Counted from the stretch's first letter, positions 17,665 through 27,538 are shown. The stretch: DNA of 64,000 bases from Candidatus Saccharimonadota bacterium (GCA_009781895.1 WQUV01000002.1:38293-102292), one strand, 5' to 3'. Numbers and translations: made by a program. The notes: a model not told the origin generated them from the sequence alone.

Positions 17665-18698
17665 TTAGGGGTGACTCTTAGCTCTCGTGGGTCTGTCTTG
17701 GGCAGACCCATAGCTAGTGCGGCACGAGCGATCATGACGGCGTTGTCAGTGGAAAGGGAGAGGTCAGGAAGGAGAAGCTTGTCGCCAAAGAGTTCGCCTG
17801 CTCGTTCGCGGAGGCGCCCGTTCGCCGCAACCCCGCCAGAGATGATGATCTGTTGAGGCGAGAACTCTTGGTCAGCTTTCTCCAGGGCATTTAATAAAAT
17901 CTTGACCGCTGATTCCTGGAAGGTGTAGGCGAGTTGGTTCTTCTGGTCATCAGAGAGGAGGTCTGCGATCTCTTCGCTTGGCATGCGGAAATCGCCACCA
18001 GCAAGCTCTTGAGCGCGTCTCAAGAACGCCGTCTTGAGGCCAGAGAATGAGAACTCGTAAGGGTTGTCGAGTTTAGGGAAAGGCAGAAGCTGTACGTCAT
18101 GAGCTCCCAGCGCCGCAGCTGCTGCCTTGCTAATGCTTGGTCCACCTGGATAGGGTAATCCTAGGATCTTGGCGGCTTTATCAAAAGCTTCGCCAACCGC
18201 ATCGTCACGTGTTTCGCCAAGGATCTCATACTCGGTGTGTGACTTGAGGCTGTATATAGTGGTATGACCACCAGAAACGACGAGGGCGAGGAGCGGGAAG
18301 CGCATCGCGCTTGGCTCGACGCCGTAAATGTGAGCATAGACGTGATCAACGGCTACCAGGGGAATGCCGAGAGTCTCGGCAATAGTACGGGCAGTCATGG
18401 CGCCAATCATTAGACCGCCGATGAGGCCAGGACGATTAGCTATAGCAATAGCTTCTACCTGTCGAGCTAAGTCAGCGAATGTCTCCGACTCGCCCTCCAG
18501 CTTAGCTTGCACCAGCGCCAGCTTAATGGTGGGCAGAATTACTCGTAAATGCTCGCGCGCGGCGATTTCAGGAAAGACACCGCCGAACTCTTTATGGATG
18601 TCGATCTGAGAAGCAATCACATTTGACAAGATCTGCTCGCCGTCAATCACAGCGGCAGCAGTTTCGTCGCATGTACTCTCAATCCCCAGGACTTTCAT
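17661..18698 (-). CDS. tsaD: tRNA N6-adenosine threonylcarbamoyltransferase
   Basis: MKVLGIESTCDETAAAV. The start is at 18698, with TGGTATAAT 6 nt upstream. The longer track ORF runs through the tRNA genes. Confidence 0.88.
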   Translation of the reverse strand: MKVLGIESTCDETAAAVIDGEQILSNVIASQIDIHKEFGGVFPEIAAREHLRVILPTIKLALVQAKLEGESETFADLARQVEAIAIANRPGLIGGLMIGAMTARTIAETLGIPLVAVDHVYAHIYGVEPSAMRFPLLALVVSGGHTTIYSLKSHTEYEILGETRDDAVGEAFDKAAKILGLPYPGGPSISKAAAAALGAHDVQLLPFPKLDNPYEFSFSGLKTAFLRRAQELAGGDFRMPSEEIADLLSDDQKNQLAYTFQESAVKILLNALEKADQEFSPQQIIISGGVAANGRLRERAGELFGDKLLLPDLSLSTDNAVMIARAALAMGLPKTDPRELRVTPN

Positions 18699-18726
18699 AC
18701 ATTTATTATACCACATTTTGCATGAC

Positions 18727-18755
18727 TTGCTCTCAAGGTAAATATTTGATATAAT
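18727..18755 (+). promoter_or_regulatory. Promoter of the tRNA pair
   Basis: TTGCTC-17-(TGA)TATAAT, ending 8 nt before the tRNA-Thr 5' end. Confidence 0.6.
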
Positions 18756-18763
18756 GTATCTAC

Positions 18764-18839
18764 GCCGCCTTAGCTCAGCTGGTAGAGCAACGGTTTTGTA
18801 AACCGTAGGTCGTCGGTTCGAGCCCGACAGGCGGCTCCA
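18764..18839 (+). tRNA. tRNA-Thr (anticodon TGT), CCA encoded
   Basis: Hand-folded cloverleaf: GCCGCCT/AGGCGGC acceptor, GCTC/GAGC D stem, ACGGT-TTTGTAA-ACCGT, GTCGG-TTCGAGC-CCGAC. Confidence 0.9.
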
Positions 18840-18864
18840 TTTCGTACTTATCAAAAGTAGAGCT

Positions 18865-18941
18865 GGCGCCATAGCTCAGCTGGATAGAGCAGAGGACTTC
18901 TAAGCCTAAGGTCGCAGGTTCGAATCCTGCTGGCGCTGCCA
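18865..18941 (+). tRNA. tRNA-Arg (anticodon TCT), CCA encoded, weak anticodon stem
   Basis: Acceptor GGCGCCA/TGGCGCT (G1-U72). T arm GCAGG-TTCGAAT-CCTGC. Anticodon arm GAGGA-CTTCTAA-GCCTA has only 3 Watson-Crick pairs. Confidence 0.75.
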
Positions 18942-18979
18942 AGAATTAGATAGCAAGATATCGCCGAAAGGCGGGCTTT

Positions 18980-19537
18980 TCATTCAGCGTGATGGAAGCG
19001 AGTGGTGGATTCAGGAAGAAGGTGATTAGGGTGAGTAGGAGTTAGGGTTAGCGTCCCCATGCGGATAGCGGCGTCGAGATGGATGATCTCGGCGGGGTCC
19101 TGGTGGATGGTGATGCGGACCTGTCCATCTATAATCTCCCAGAGTCCGTAACGACCATAGCTTTCGCCGTCAGCTGAGGTGCGTCGCTCATAAAAGCGGT
19201 TACTGTCAGCGAATTCGATTTGCTGAAGAGAGCTGTCGAGATCCGCAGGTTTCCAGACACCGGATAGATTCTGATCTGAGAGTGTATTGCGATTTAGAAA
19301 GAGGACAACAGTAATCGCGACGAAGACGGTCGCGCCGATAACCTTAAGGAGGGCCTTATATCTTATGGCGGCATTCCGTAGGCGCTCAAGCATTCTCTTG
19401 CGAGCGTAATCCTCGTAAACTTGCTCGTCTAGCTCTCTATGGAGTAGAACACCAGTATTATCATCCATAGGCGCTGGAGTCGAACCTGACTCTGACGCAC
19501 TGTCTGAGCCTGGGGTTATAGTTGACTGTTCGTCCAT
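18980..19537 (-). CDS. Hypothetical single-TM protein, 185 aa
   Basis: ORF with TM VIGATVFVAITVVLFL. Confidence 0.5.
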   Translation of the reverse strand: MDEQSTITPGSDSASESGSTPAPMDDNTGVLLHRELDEQVYEDYARKRMLERLRNAAIRYKALLKVIGATVFVAITVVLFLNRNTLSDQNLSGVWKPADLDSSLQQIEFADSNRFYERRTSADGESYGRYGLWEIIDGQVRITIHQDPAEIIHLDAAIRMGTLTLTPTHPNHLLPESTTRFHHAE

Positions 19538-19558
19538 ATATCATATTATAGCATAGTG

Positions 19559-19586
19559 AAAAACGCGCCTGTATAGGCGCGTTTTT
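19559..19586. terminator. Bidirectional rho-independent terminator
   Basis: AAAAACGCGCCT-GTAT-AGGCGCGTTTTT. Confidence 0.75.
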
Positions 19587-19603
19587 CTTTAGAGTTACCG
19601 CTA

Positions 19604-20788
19604 TTACTTAACGATCTTTGTAACAACACCAGCACCGACTGTTCGGCCACCTTCGCGGATAGCGAAGTTGTCGTTGTTGTTCATCGCAATTGGGGCGAGC
19701 AACTTAACCTTGAAGGTTAGGGTGTCACCAGGCATAACGATTTCTTTGTCAGCTGGGAGCTCAACCTCACCAGTAACGTCAGTAGTTCGGAAGTAGAACT
19801 GTGGCTTGTAACCCTTTGAGAATGGAGTGTGGCGACCGCCTTCTTCCTTCTTGAGGATGTAAACCTCAGCCTCGAACTCTGTATGTGGAGCAACTGTACC
19901 AGGAGCAGCAAGCACCTGACCACGCTCGATGTCATCACGCTCAACGCCTCGGAGGAGGAGACCAGCGTTGTCGCCTGCGCGACCTTCGTCTAGAATCTTC
20001 TTGAAGGCTTCGATGCCTGTGACAACTGTTTTCTGGGTGTCGCGGATACCAACGATTTCAACTTCGTCGTTAATCTTGACGATACCCTGCTCGATACGAC
20101 CAGTAGCAACTGTACCACGACCCTTAATTGAGAACACGTCCTCAACTGGCATTAGGAATGGCTTGTCGATTTCTCGCTTTGGTTCCTCAACATAGCTGTC
20201 GAGAGCTGCAACGAGCTCCATGATAGCGTCTTCATAAGCTGCATCACCCTCTAGAGCCTTAGCAGCAGAACCCTTAATGATTGGCACGTTGTCGCCATCG
20301 TAACCATTCTTTGATAGAAGCTCGCGGATATCCATCTCGACTAGCTCTACTAGCTCTGGATCTGCGAGGTCCATTTTATTCATAAAGACAACGATCTTTG
20401 GAACGTTAACCTGGCGAGCCAAGAGAACGTGCTCTCGTGTCTGTGGTAGCGGACCATCGTTCGCCGCAACAACTAGAATCGCACCGTCAACCTGAGCAGC
20501 ACCAGTGATCATGTTCTTAACGTAGTCGGCGTGACCAGGCATGTCGACGTGCGCGTAGTGGCGGTTTTCGCTCTCGTACTCTTGGTGAGAGGTCGCAATA
20601 GTAATACCACGAGCCTTCTCCTCTGGTGCGTTATCGATCTGATTGTAGTCGATCGCTTTGTTAACTTCGCTAGGAAGCTTCTTTGCTAGGACGTGAGTTA
20701 GGGCCGCAGTTAGAGTGGTTTTACCGTGGTCAACGTGACCCATGGTACCGACGTTAACATGAGGCTTGCTCCTGTCAAAATTTGCCAT
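19604..20788 (-). CDS. tuf: Elongation factor Tu
   Basis: [30 protein letters not shown]. Confidence 0.97.
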   Translation of the reverse strand: MANFDRSKPHVNVGTMGHVDHGKTTLTAALTHVLAKKLPSEVNKAIDYNQIDNAPEEKARGITIATSHQEYESENRHYAHVDMPGHADYVKNMITGAAQVDGAILVVAANDGPLPQTREHVLLARQVNVPKIVVFMNKMDLADPELVELVEMDIRELLSKNGYDGDNVPIIKGSAAKALEGDAAYEDAIMELVAALDSYVEEPKREIDKPFLMPVEDVFSIKGRGTVATGRIEQGIVKINDEVEIVGIRDTQKTVVTGIEAFKKILDEGRAGDNAGLLLRGVERDDIERGQVLAAPGTVAPHTEFEAEVYILKKEEGGRHTPFSKGYKPQFYFRTTDVTGEVELPADKEIVMPGDTLTFKVKLLAPIAMNNNDNFAIREGGRTVGAGVVTKIVK

Positions 20789-20891
20789 TTATTTCTCCTT
20801 ACTTTTTCGGGCACTAATGAATACCAGCCCAATTTAATAATATAATATACGAATACGGGGTAAAAATCAAGGGGTTTTCGCTAAAAATCCG

Positions 20892-22337
20892 CTAGATTGT
20901 ACGGATCTGAATAGTGTCAGTGCCACCGACGACGTTCTGCTGACGGCCAGACAAGACAACAATGGTCATTTCTTCGCCATCGGTGCCAACCCTACCTTCT
21001 GAACGTAGACGCTCCATGTAATTTAGGCCGTAATCAAATTCGTAGTCTGCGACATAGCTTTCGACCGCATAGCACATCGAGAGCTGATTGGCGACCCTCG
21101 GGTCACTAGTGACGCTGATGATGCGACAGCTTGGGCGGTTAGCGCTAGCCAGCCAGGCGGTGAAGCCAGTCTTAGTCTCAGCGACAAGAGCATCAGCCTC
21201 GATACTCTCGGCAAGCTTAACGCCTTGACGACAAATTCGCTCAACTGGCAGCTCGGTCTCGGGCTTAAGCCATTCGACTGCGTTATACTCCTGAGTGTAT
21301 TCAATAATATCGCGGAGAGCGTTGATAGTTTCGAGGGGGTACTTGCCCGCGGCGGTTTCTTCAGAGAGCATAACAGCATCAGCGCCCATAATCACAGCCG
21401 AAGCAACGTTGTCGGCCTCAGCACGAGTCGGAATGGGGTTGTCAAACATAGTACCCATGGTCTGAGTTGCCACAATAACTTGAGTGCCGTACCTGCGGCA
21501 GAAGTGAACTAGCTTACGCTGAATAGTCGGGACGGCTGGCATACCAACCTCATACGCCATGTCACCTCGAGCAACCATGACAACATCGGCTTCGCGTGCG
21601 ATAGCGTCCATTGCAGAGTCGCTAATAACGGCCTGCTTGGTTTCGATCTTAGCGATAATCTTAATGGAGTCTGGGTAGCCAGCTTCTTTCAGGAGGCGAC
21701 GCGCCTCGACCAGATTGTCGGCGTTCTGGATGAAAGAGAAGGCAACAAAATCGAAGTCCTTGTCAGCGCCGTAACGCATGTCTTCGATGTCTTTCTCAGG
21801 GAAGACGTCGTCGCCGAAATCAGTGTCAGGGAGGTTGATGCCTTTTTTACGCTTGACCTCGCCATCATTCTCGACCTGAACCTTAATAGAAGTTGGGCTC
21901 GATACTTCGGTAACGATAGTCTTAACTTTGCCATCGTAGATCCAGGCAACTTCGCCGACTTTGACTTTTTCAGCCAGGTTATACTGGACAGGGAGAAGGA
22001 GAGAGCCGTCATGCTCGGCATCCTTAAGCGCGTAATCTAGCGTCAAGATGTCGCCAGTCTTAACAAAGAGACTGTCGTCCTTGATGTCGCCGAGGCGAAT
22101 CTTTGGTCCCTGGAGGTCCTGAACGATAGCGACACGACGACCTAAGCGCTCAGCGGCGGCGCGTATATCACGTATGGCAGCGGTTTTCTCTTCGTGATTA
22201 CCATGCGAGAAGTTGAGTCGACAGATGTCTGTGCCAGCCGCGATGACCTTTTCGAGCATAGCGACACCGTCTTCTTCGTTCCAGGTGGCTGGACCGATTG
22301 TTGACATGATTTTTGTTCTTCTGAAAGTTTTCTCCAT
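20892..22337 (-). CDS. pyk: Pyruvate kinase
   Basis: RRTKIMSTIGPA, CRLNFSHG, MVARGDMAYE. Confidence 0.9.
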   Translation of the reverse strand: MEKTFRRTKIMSTIGPATWNEEDGVAMLEKVIAAGTDICRLNFSHGNHEEKTAAIRDIRAAAERLGRRVAIVQDLQGPKIRLGDIKDDSLFVKTGDILTLDYALKDAEHDGSLLLPVQYNLAEKVKVGEVAWIYDGKVKTIVTEVSSPTSIKVQVENDGEVKRKKGINLPDTDFGDDVFPEKDIEDMRYGADKDFDFVAFSFIQNADNLVEARRLLKEAGYPDSIKIIAKIETKQAVISDSAMDAIAREADVVMVARGDMAYEVGMPAVPTIQRKLVHFCRRYGTQVIVATQTMGTMFDNPIPTRAEADNVASAVIMGADAVMLSEETAAGKYPLETINALRDIIEYTQEYNAVEWLKPETELPVERICRQGVKLAESIEADALVAETKTGFTAWLASANRPSCRIISVTSDPRVANQLSMCYAVESYVADYEFDYGLNYMERLRSEGRVGTDGEEMTIVVLSGRQQNVVGGTDTIQIRTI

Positions 22338-22434
22338 TTAGCCCCCTTGCTTGTTCCTTATATATATCATGAAAATACAAGATTGCCAAGAGGTGATATA
22401 TGCAGGCTTTCAGTTAGAATTCAGGCTGAGACGT

Positions 22435-22440
22435 TATAAT
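22435..22440 (+). promoter_or_regulatory. -10 element 6 nt upstream of the response-regulator ATG (leaderless)
   Basis: TATAATgtaaatATG. Confidence 0.55.
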
Positions 22441-22446
22441 GTAAAT

Positions 22447-23130
22447 ATGAAAATATTGCTAGTTGAAGATAAACAAAAGATTGCTGACGCGATCGCGCGC
22501 GGGTTAAGGCGTGAGACTTTTGCGGTAGACGTATGCTATGATGGTGCGGCCGGGCTGGCAGCAGCCTTGGGAGATGAGAGCTACGACCTAATCATTGTCG
22601 ACCGAATGCTTCCAGAAGTAGAGGGGCTAGAGATCGTTCGACAGGTGCGAGCAGCAAAAATCCAAGTTCCAATTCTTGTCTTGACTGCGAAGGGGCAGCC
22701 GCAAAACAGAGTTGATGGGCTGAATGCGGGGGCCGACGATTATCTAGTCAAGCCGTTCTCGTTCCAGGAGTTGGTGGCGCGTGTTAAAGCTTTGATGCGA
22801 CGACCAAACGAACTACATCAGACAGTAATCAAGTTTGGAGACCTAACCTTTAACAGTATCAGTTACGAAGTGCGACGAGGAAGGAAGAAAATAAAACTAA
22901 CCAGCACAGAATTGGCATTGCTGGAATGGCTAATGCGTAAACCCAAAGCGATCCACTCGAAAGACACCTTAGCAACACACGTCTGGGACTTTGAGTCGGA
23001 TATCCTGCCAAACACAGTTGAGGCTTATATCAGCTCATTGAGACGCAAAATTGATAAGCCATTCCCGTCCAAGAAGAAATTACTATTCACCTATCGCGGT
23101 CTTGGCTATTCACTGGGCGAAGACGCGTAA
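22447..23130 (+). CDS. OmpR-family response regulator
   Basis: MKILLVEDKQ..., DLIIVDRMLP, LTAKG, winged-helix LTSTELALLEWLM...YRGLGY. Confidence 0.9.
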   Translation: MKILLVEDKQKIADAIARGLRRETFAVDVCYDGAAGLAAALGDESYDLIIVDRMLPEVEGLEIVRQVRAAKIQVPILVLTAKGQPQNRVDGLNAGADDYLVKPFSFQELVARVKALMRRPNELHQTVIKFGDLTFNSISYEVRRGRKKIKLTSTELALLEWLMRKPKAIHSKDTLATHVWDFESDILPNTVEAYISSLRRKIDKPFPSKKKLLFTYRGLGYSLGEDA

Positions 23131-23132
23131 GC

Positions 23133-23987
23133 ATGAAAGGTCTAAAGCGTGCGATCATAAAGCTAACCCTACTTTATACGGTAATTCTACTAGCACTGTC
23201 GACGAGCTTTAGCACTGTAACCTACATAAATATGGCACAAGGGCTGGGGCGGAGAACGCAGGTTCCAACTGGCGTGGTCTACTGGGCAGACTACTCGACC
23301 CGGATCGAAGAGTTTATCCGTGACCGCGATGCGCTAGTGCGACGTGATGCGCTAGAGAGACTAGTGATACTTAACCTTGGTGTGGCAGCACTGGGGGCGG
23401 TGGCATGTTATTTTCTCGCCCTGTGGACACTGAAGCCAATTGAAGAGACATACAAGAAACAAAGGCGATTTATAGCAGGCGCAAGCCACGAGCTAAGAAC
23501 ACCACTTACGGCGATGCGAGTCGAGAATGAAGTAACGTTATCTGATCCGAAGGTGAGTAGAGAAGACTTAAGGCAGCAAGTTGAGAGTAATCTAGAGGAG
23601 ATCGAGAAGCTACAGAGACTAACAAACGCACTATTAGAGATGGATAGCAAGAAGACATTAGACCGCGATCAGGTTGTAGAGCAAATAACTAATATCTTTA
23701 TTGATAACGCGGTCAAGTACGACCCAGAACAACGCCAACCCAAGATCGTAAAGACTAAGAGCCGGATTGACGTGATTGATCGTGGCCCAGGGATAACAGA
23801 AGAGGAGATGCCTCTGATATTTGACCGCTTCTATCGAGGAAGAGGCGAGAGGTCTCGAGCTACCGAAGGCTATGGGCTGGGCTTAAGTATAGCGCGAGAG
23901 CTAGCAGAAGAGATTGATGCAAGCATCGTAGCTAAGAACAACCCAAAAGGAGAAGGCGGTTGCACCTTCTCCTTGGTCTTTAGCTAA
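23133..23987 (+). CDS. Sensor histidine kinase (short; compact junction between the DHp and CA domains)
   Basis: 2 TM segments, H-box SHELRTPLTAM, N-box IDNAVKY, G1 DRGPGI, G2 GYGLGLSI. Confidence 0.8.
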   Translation: MKGLKRAIIKLTLLYTVILLALSTSFSTVTYINMAQGLGRRTQVPTGVVYWADYSTRIEEFIRDRDALVRRDALERLVILNLGVAALGAVACYFLALWTLKPIEETYKKQRRFIAGASHELRTPLTAMRVENEVTLSDPKVSREDLRQQVESNLEEIEKLQRLTNALLEMDSKKTLDRDQVVEQITNIFIDNAVKYDPEQRQPKIVKTKSRIDVIDRGPGITEEEMPLIFDRFYRGRGERSRATEGYGLGLSIARELAEEIDASIVAKNNPKGEGGCTFSLVFS

Positions 23988-23993
23988 ACTAAA

Positions 23994-24611
23994 TTATTTA
24001 GCAGCTACTGCCTTGGCTTCTGGAGCCTTGGCACCCTTGCCCGCGATCTTATCGTGGAAAGCAGCGAGTGTTAGCTCCATGTATGGACCAACGTAAATGA
24101 TACCGAAACCGAAAGTAATCATTACGAATAGTAGCCACGGGATGAACGAGAGATAGAGGACGAAGAGGTCCATTTTGTGACCGTTCATCATTTCCATAGA
24201 CTTCTTCTGAGCTTCGCCAGCTGACATACCCTTGTTGTCGGCGAGGATGTAGAACATCTGTGAGTAGCTAAGCATCTTGATGAAACCTGGGACGATGAAG
24301 AGGAGAGTCCAGAGGAAGATGAAGACGATGTAACGAATGTAAGCTTCGAGCGTACGGCCGAAGTTGTTGTCTTTGAAGCCTAGGAGGAGGTCTTCGATCT
24401 TTGGCGCGCCGCCCTTGCGGATACCCTTTAAGAAGATAACGGCCATAGCATAGCTAACTGCACCACCAAGCACGACGGAGACGAGAGATCCCCAGCCGGT
24501 TGCGCCAGTAATGGCAAATACTAGCATTGGCAAAAAGATAATCAAGAAGAAAGAAAATACATTTCCCTTTATGACCTCTTTTGCGCGTGTTTTTAATTCG
24601 ACTCGATTCAT
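23994..24611 (-). CDS. DUF975-family integral membrane protein
   Basis: MNRVELKTRAKEVIKGN plus a multi-TM layout typical of DUF975. SD AAAGGGTG. Confidence 0.55.
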   Translation of the reverse strand: MNRVELKTRAKEVIKGNVFSFFLIIFLPMLVFAITGATGWGSLVSVVLGGAVSYAMAVIFLKGIRKGGAPKIEDLLLGFKDNNFGRTLEAYIRYIVFIFLWTLLFIVPGFIKMLSYSQMFYILADNKGMSAGEAQKKSMEMMNGHKMDLFVLYLSFIPWLLFVMITFGFGIIYVGPYMELTLAAFHDKIAGKGAKAPEAKAVAAK

Positions 24612-24717
24612 GAGCACCCTTTCGTTATTATTAATTATATTGTATACATATTTCTCAATAAATACAATAGGGGCTAATAAGGTAAGCATGGGCGCTTCTC
24701 GGCGGACCAGGGTGTGA

Positions 24718-24723
24718 TATACT
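24718..24723 (+). promoter_or_regulatory. -10 element (TGATATACT) 6 nt upstream of the dnaX ATG (leaderless)
   Basis: TATACTgggggcATG. Confidence 0.55.
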
Positions 24724-24729
24724 GGGGGC

Positions 24730-26181
24730 ATGCAAGGGGCGTTATACAGGAGGTATCGGAGCTTGAGCTTTGCCGACATAGTCGGACAGACGACAGTAGT
24801 GTCGGCGCTCGAGAAGTCACTGGCGACTGGCTCGCTGCACCATGCTTATCTTTTCTCTGGCGCGCGAGGTACGGGGAAGACTTCGGTGGCGCGAATATTA
24901 GCACATGCGGCAAACGACTTCAAATATGAACTAGAGACAATACACCCAGATATTATTGAGATTGATGCGGCGTCTAATACTGGCGTAGATAACATCCGAG
25001 AACTAATTGAGCGAGCGGCACTATCGCCGACAGCTGGACGCTATAAAGTTTACATTATTGATGAAGTGCACATGCTCTCGAAGTCGGCATTCAACGCGCT
25101 TTTAAAAACGCTGGAGGAGCCGCCAGCATCGGTGATCTTTATCTTAGCAACGACCGACCCAGAGAAGGTGCCGATGACGATCTTGTCACGAGTCCAGCAC
25201 CTAAAGTTTGGCCTAGCTTCTACAGAAGTGATCTCTCAGCATTTAAGAGGCGTAGCGGACAAGGAGAAAATAAAGATCGCCGACTCAGCGCTGGAGTTCT
25301 TGGCGGAAAGTAGCGGCGGGAGTTTTCGCGATGCGATGTCGCTATTAGAACAGGCGTATGTAGTATGCGGGGGGAAGACCGAGATCAAGCGTGAGGCGCT
25401 GGAGAAAGCTTTTGGCGCACCCAGCAACGAGATGCTTACAGAATTGTTGCGCAACTTCGTAACAGGGGGAAAAGAGCAAGTTGCGCAACTTCTAGAGCGC
25501 GGGATTGATAATAAAAAATCATTTATCGAAGGGTTGGCGCGGCAGATTTTGCGGGCACCAACGGTTGAGACACTAGCTCTGCTGGATGACCTAATTAACA
25601 CTCTGAAGAATCCAGCTATCGACCCAAATTTACAGATTAGATTGGTGTTCCTGAAACACCTTACTGCCTCACCTTTCGCAGCAACAACTATCGAGACAGG
25701 GGCAGCCTTAAAATCCGACATTGCCGCGTCGGCTCCGCTAGTCTATCCAGAACCAGGCCAGCAAGCAGAGATTTCGGTCCACGAACCTAAAATCGCCAAA
25801 TCAGCTCCAGCATCAGAACTAGAGCCAAAAGAGGTCACGCCAGAAGCTGAAGAGATTGAGATTATAGATGGGAAGGGACTGGGGTGGCCAGAAGCGCTAG
25901 AGGAAATCAAACGATCCGATATCGGACTATGGGCCGTGCTGGCAAAACGACAAGTAAAAGTGTCGAGTAAGGCAGTGTTAGTATATGCTGAAAAGCCATT
26001 ATGGGCGGATAAGCTGGAGAAGGCAGATAATTTTGCAAAGATTTCGCGCCTGATTGCGCCGAAAGCGCTACGAATCACATTAGATAAAGCCCCACCGAGC
26101 GAAGAGGCGAAGAAAGTCTCGGCAAAACTTGGAATGGACGCGAGCGAACTAAGAGAAGTGGAGGTGCCAGATGGAATCTGA
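24730..26181 (+). CDS. dnaX: DNA polymerase III gamma/tau subunit
   Basis: YRSLSFADIVGQ, GARGTGKTS, IIDEVHMLS, NALLKTLEEPP, ILSRVQ. Confidence 0.9.
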   Translation: MQGALYRRYRSLSFADIVGQTTVVSALEKSLATGSLHHAYLFSGARGTGKTSVARILAHAANDFKYELETIHPDIIEIDAASNTGVDNIRELIERAALSPTAGRYKVYIIDEVHMLSKSAFNALLKTLEEPPASVIFILATTDPEKVPMTILSRVQHLKFGLASTEVISQHLRGVADKEKIKIADSALEFLAESSGGSFRDAMSLLEQAYVVCGGKTEIKREALEKAFGAPSNEMLTELLRNFVTGGKEQVAQLLERGIDNKKSFIEGLARQILRAPTVETLALLDDLINTLKNPAIDPNLQIRLVFLKHLTASPFAATTIETGAALKSDIAASAPLVYPEPGQQAEISVHEPKIAKSAPASELEPKEVTPEAEEIEIIDGKGLGWPEALEEIKRSDIGLWAVLAKRQVKVSSKAVLVYAEKPLWADKLEKADNFAKISRLIAPKALRITLDKAPPSEEAKKVSAKLGMDASELREVEVPDGI

Positions 26182-27523
26182 TCGAAAAGAAGGTGGTCGC
26201 GTGCCCCCACAGAATATTGACGCTGAAAAAAGCTTGCTGGGCGCAACTCTACTACTAGAAGACAACATTGCATTAGCTCTAGAGGAAGTGACGGCGGAAG
26301 ATTTCTATGTGCCAGCGCACGGGATCATCTTTCAGGCTATGCATAATCTCTATAACACCCATCAGAAAATTGACTTACTGACACTAAAAAATGCCTTGAC
26401 ACGCAGCAAGCAACTGAAAGAAGTGGGCGGAGCGAGCTTCCTCGCGACCCTGACACAGCATGTGCCGACCGCAAGCCATGCTGACGCATACGCGAAGATT
26501 GTGGCAGATACGGCAGCGCGTCGACGAATGATTCAGTCGGCGACTGAGATCTTAAACATGGCGTTTGACGATGTCGATACAGTAGATAACTTGATCGATA
26601 AAGGTGGGCATTTATTGTATTCAGCGGCGGGCCGAACAAGTAAAGCAGATGACATTGCGTGGCTACCAGAGCTTTTGGACCAGTCATTTAACCAGATTGA
26701 AAGAATGTACAAGAATAAGGATTCTCTGACAGGGCTAAAGACAGGGTTTCGCGATCTTGACAATAAGACAGCAGGTCTACATGGGTCAGACCTAGTAATT
26801 TTGGCGGCACGCCCAGCGATGGGTAAGACGACTTTTGCGACAAACCTAGCCTATAATGTGAGCACGATAAATAAAAAGGGCGTCTTAATCTTCTCGCTTG
26901 AGATGGCGAAGGAACAGATTGTTCTACGTATGATTGCCGACGCGGCGGGCGTAGATGGATTCTCGTTGCGTACTGGGCGACTGAGCGAAGACGACTTCCT
27001 CCGAGTAAGCGAGGCGATGGGTGAGATGGCGGAGGCGAATATCGGCATCATCGACTCGACTGGGATGAATCCAACTCAGATGCGAACCAAGGCGCGAAAG
27101 GCTGTGCATGACAATAACGTCGGCATGGTAGTGATCGACTACTTGCAGCTAATGGAGGGCTCAGCAGTAGGCAAGATGAATGGGCGCGTACAAGAGGTTT
27201 CTGAGATCTCGCGAGAGCTAAAGAAAATGGCAAGAGAGCTAAATGTGCCAGTGATCGCACTGTCGCAGCTGAACCGCTCGGTGGAGACGCGTGACAGCAA
27301 GATCCCGATGTTAGCTGACCTCCGTGAATCAGGCTCGATTGAGCAAGATGCCGACATTGTGATGTTCTTGCACCGTGAATCTTACTACAACAAGGATACG
27401 GAGCGGCAGAATATCACCGATCTAGTGATCGCAAAACACCGTAATGGTCCAGTCGGCTCGATTGAGTTGTACTTTGACCCAGAGCATCTAAGATTTATGT
27501 CGCTCGACAAACAGCATGAATAG
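26171..27523 (+). CDS. dnaB: Replicative DNA helicase
   Basis: PPQNIDAEKSLLG, AARPAMGKTT, VVIDYLQLM, SQLNRSVE, ADLRESGSIEQDAD. Confidence 0.93.
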   Translation: MESDRKEGGRVPPQNIDAEKSLLGATLLLEDNIALALEEVTAEDFYVPAHGIIFQAMHNLYNTHQKIDLLTLKNALTRSKQLKEVGGASFLATLTQHVPTASHADAYAKIVADTAARRRMIQSATEILNMAFDDVDTVDNLIDKGGHLLYSAAGRTSKADDIAWLPELLDQSFNQIERMYKNKDSLTGLKTGFRDLDNKTAGLHGSDLVILAARPAMGKTTFATNLAYNVSTINKKGVLIFSLEMAKEQIVLRMIADAAGVDGFSLRTGRLSEDDFLRVSEAMGEMAEANIGIIDSTGMNPTQMRTKARKAVHDNNVGMVVIDYLQLMEGSAVGKMNGRVQEVSEISRELKKMARELNVPVIALSQLNRSVETRDSKIPMLADLRESGSIEQDADIVMFLHRESYYNKDTERQNITDLVIAKHRNGPVGSIELYFDPEHLRFMSLDKQHE

Positions 27524-27526
27524 GGC

Positions 27527-27532
27527 TATACT
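27527..27532 (+). promoter_or_regulatory. -10 element 6 nt upstream of ATG 27539 (leaderless); lies inside the dnaB 3' end
   Basis: TATACTgaagatATG. Confidence 0.45.
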
Positions 27533-27538
27533 GAAGAT

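Noticed and set aside
18699-18872. N-terminal extension of the tsaD ORF (403 aa) running through 18764-18872.
   Set aside because: The extension is the antisense of tRNA-Thr and tRNA-Arg. The canonical TsaD N-terminus MKVLGIESTCDET starts at 18698 with TATAAT 6 nt upstream.
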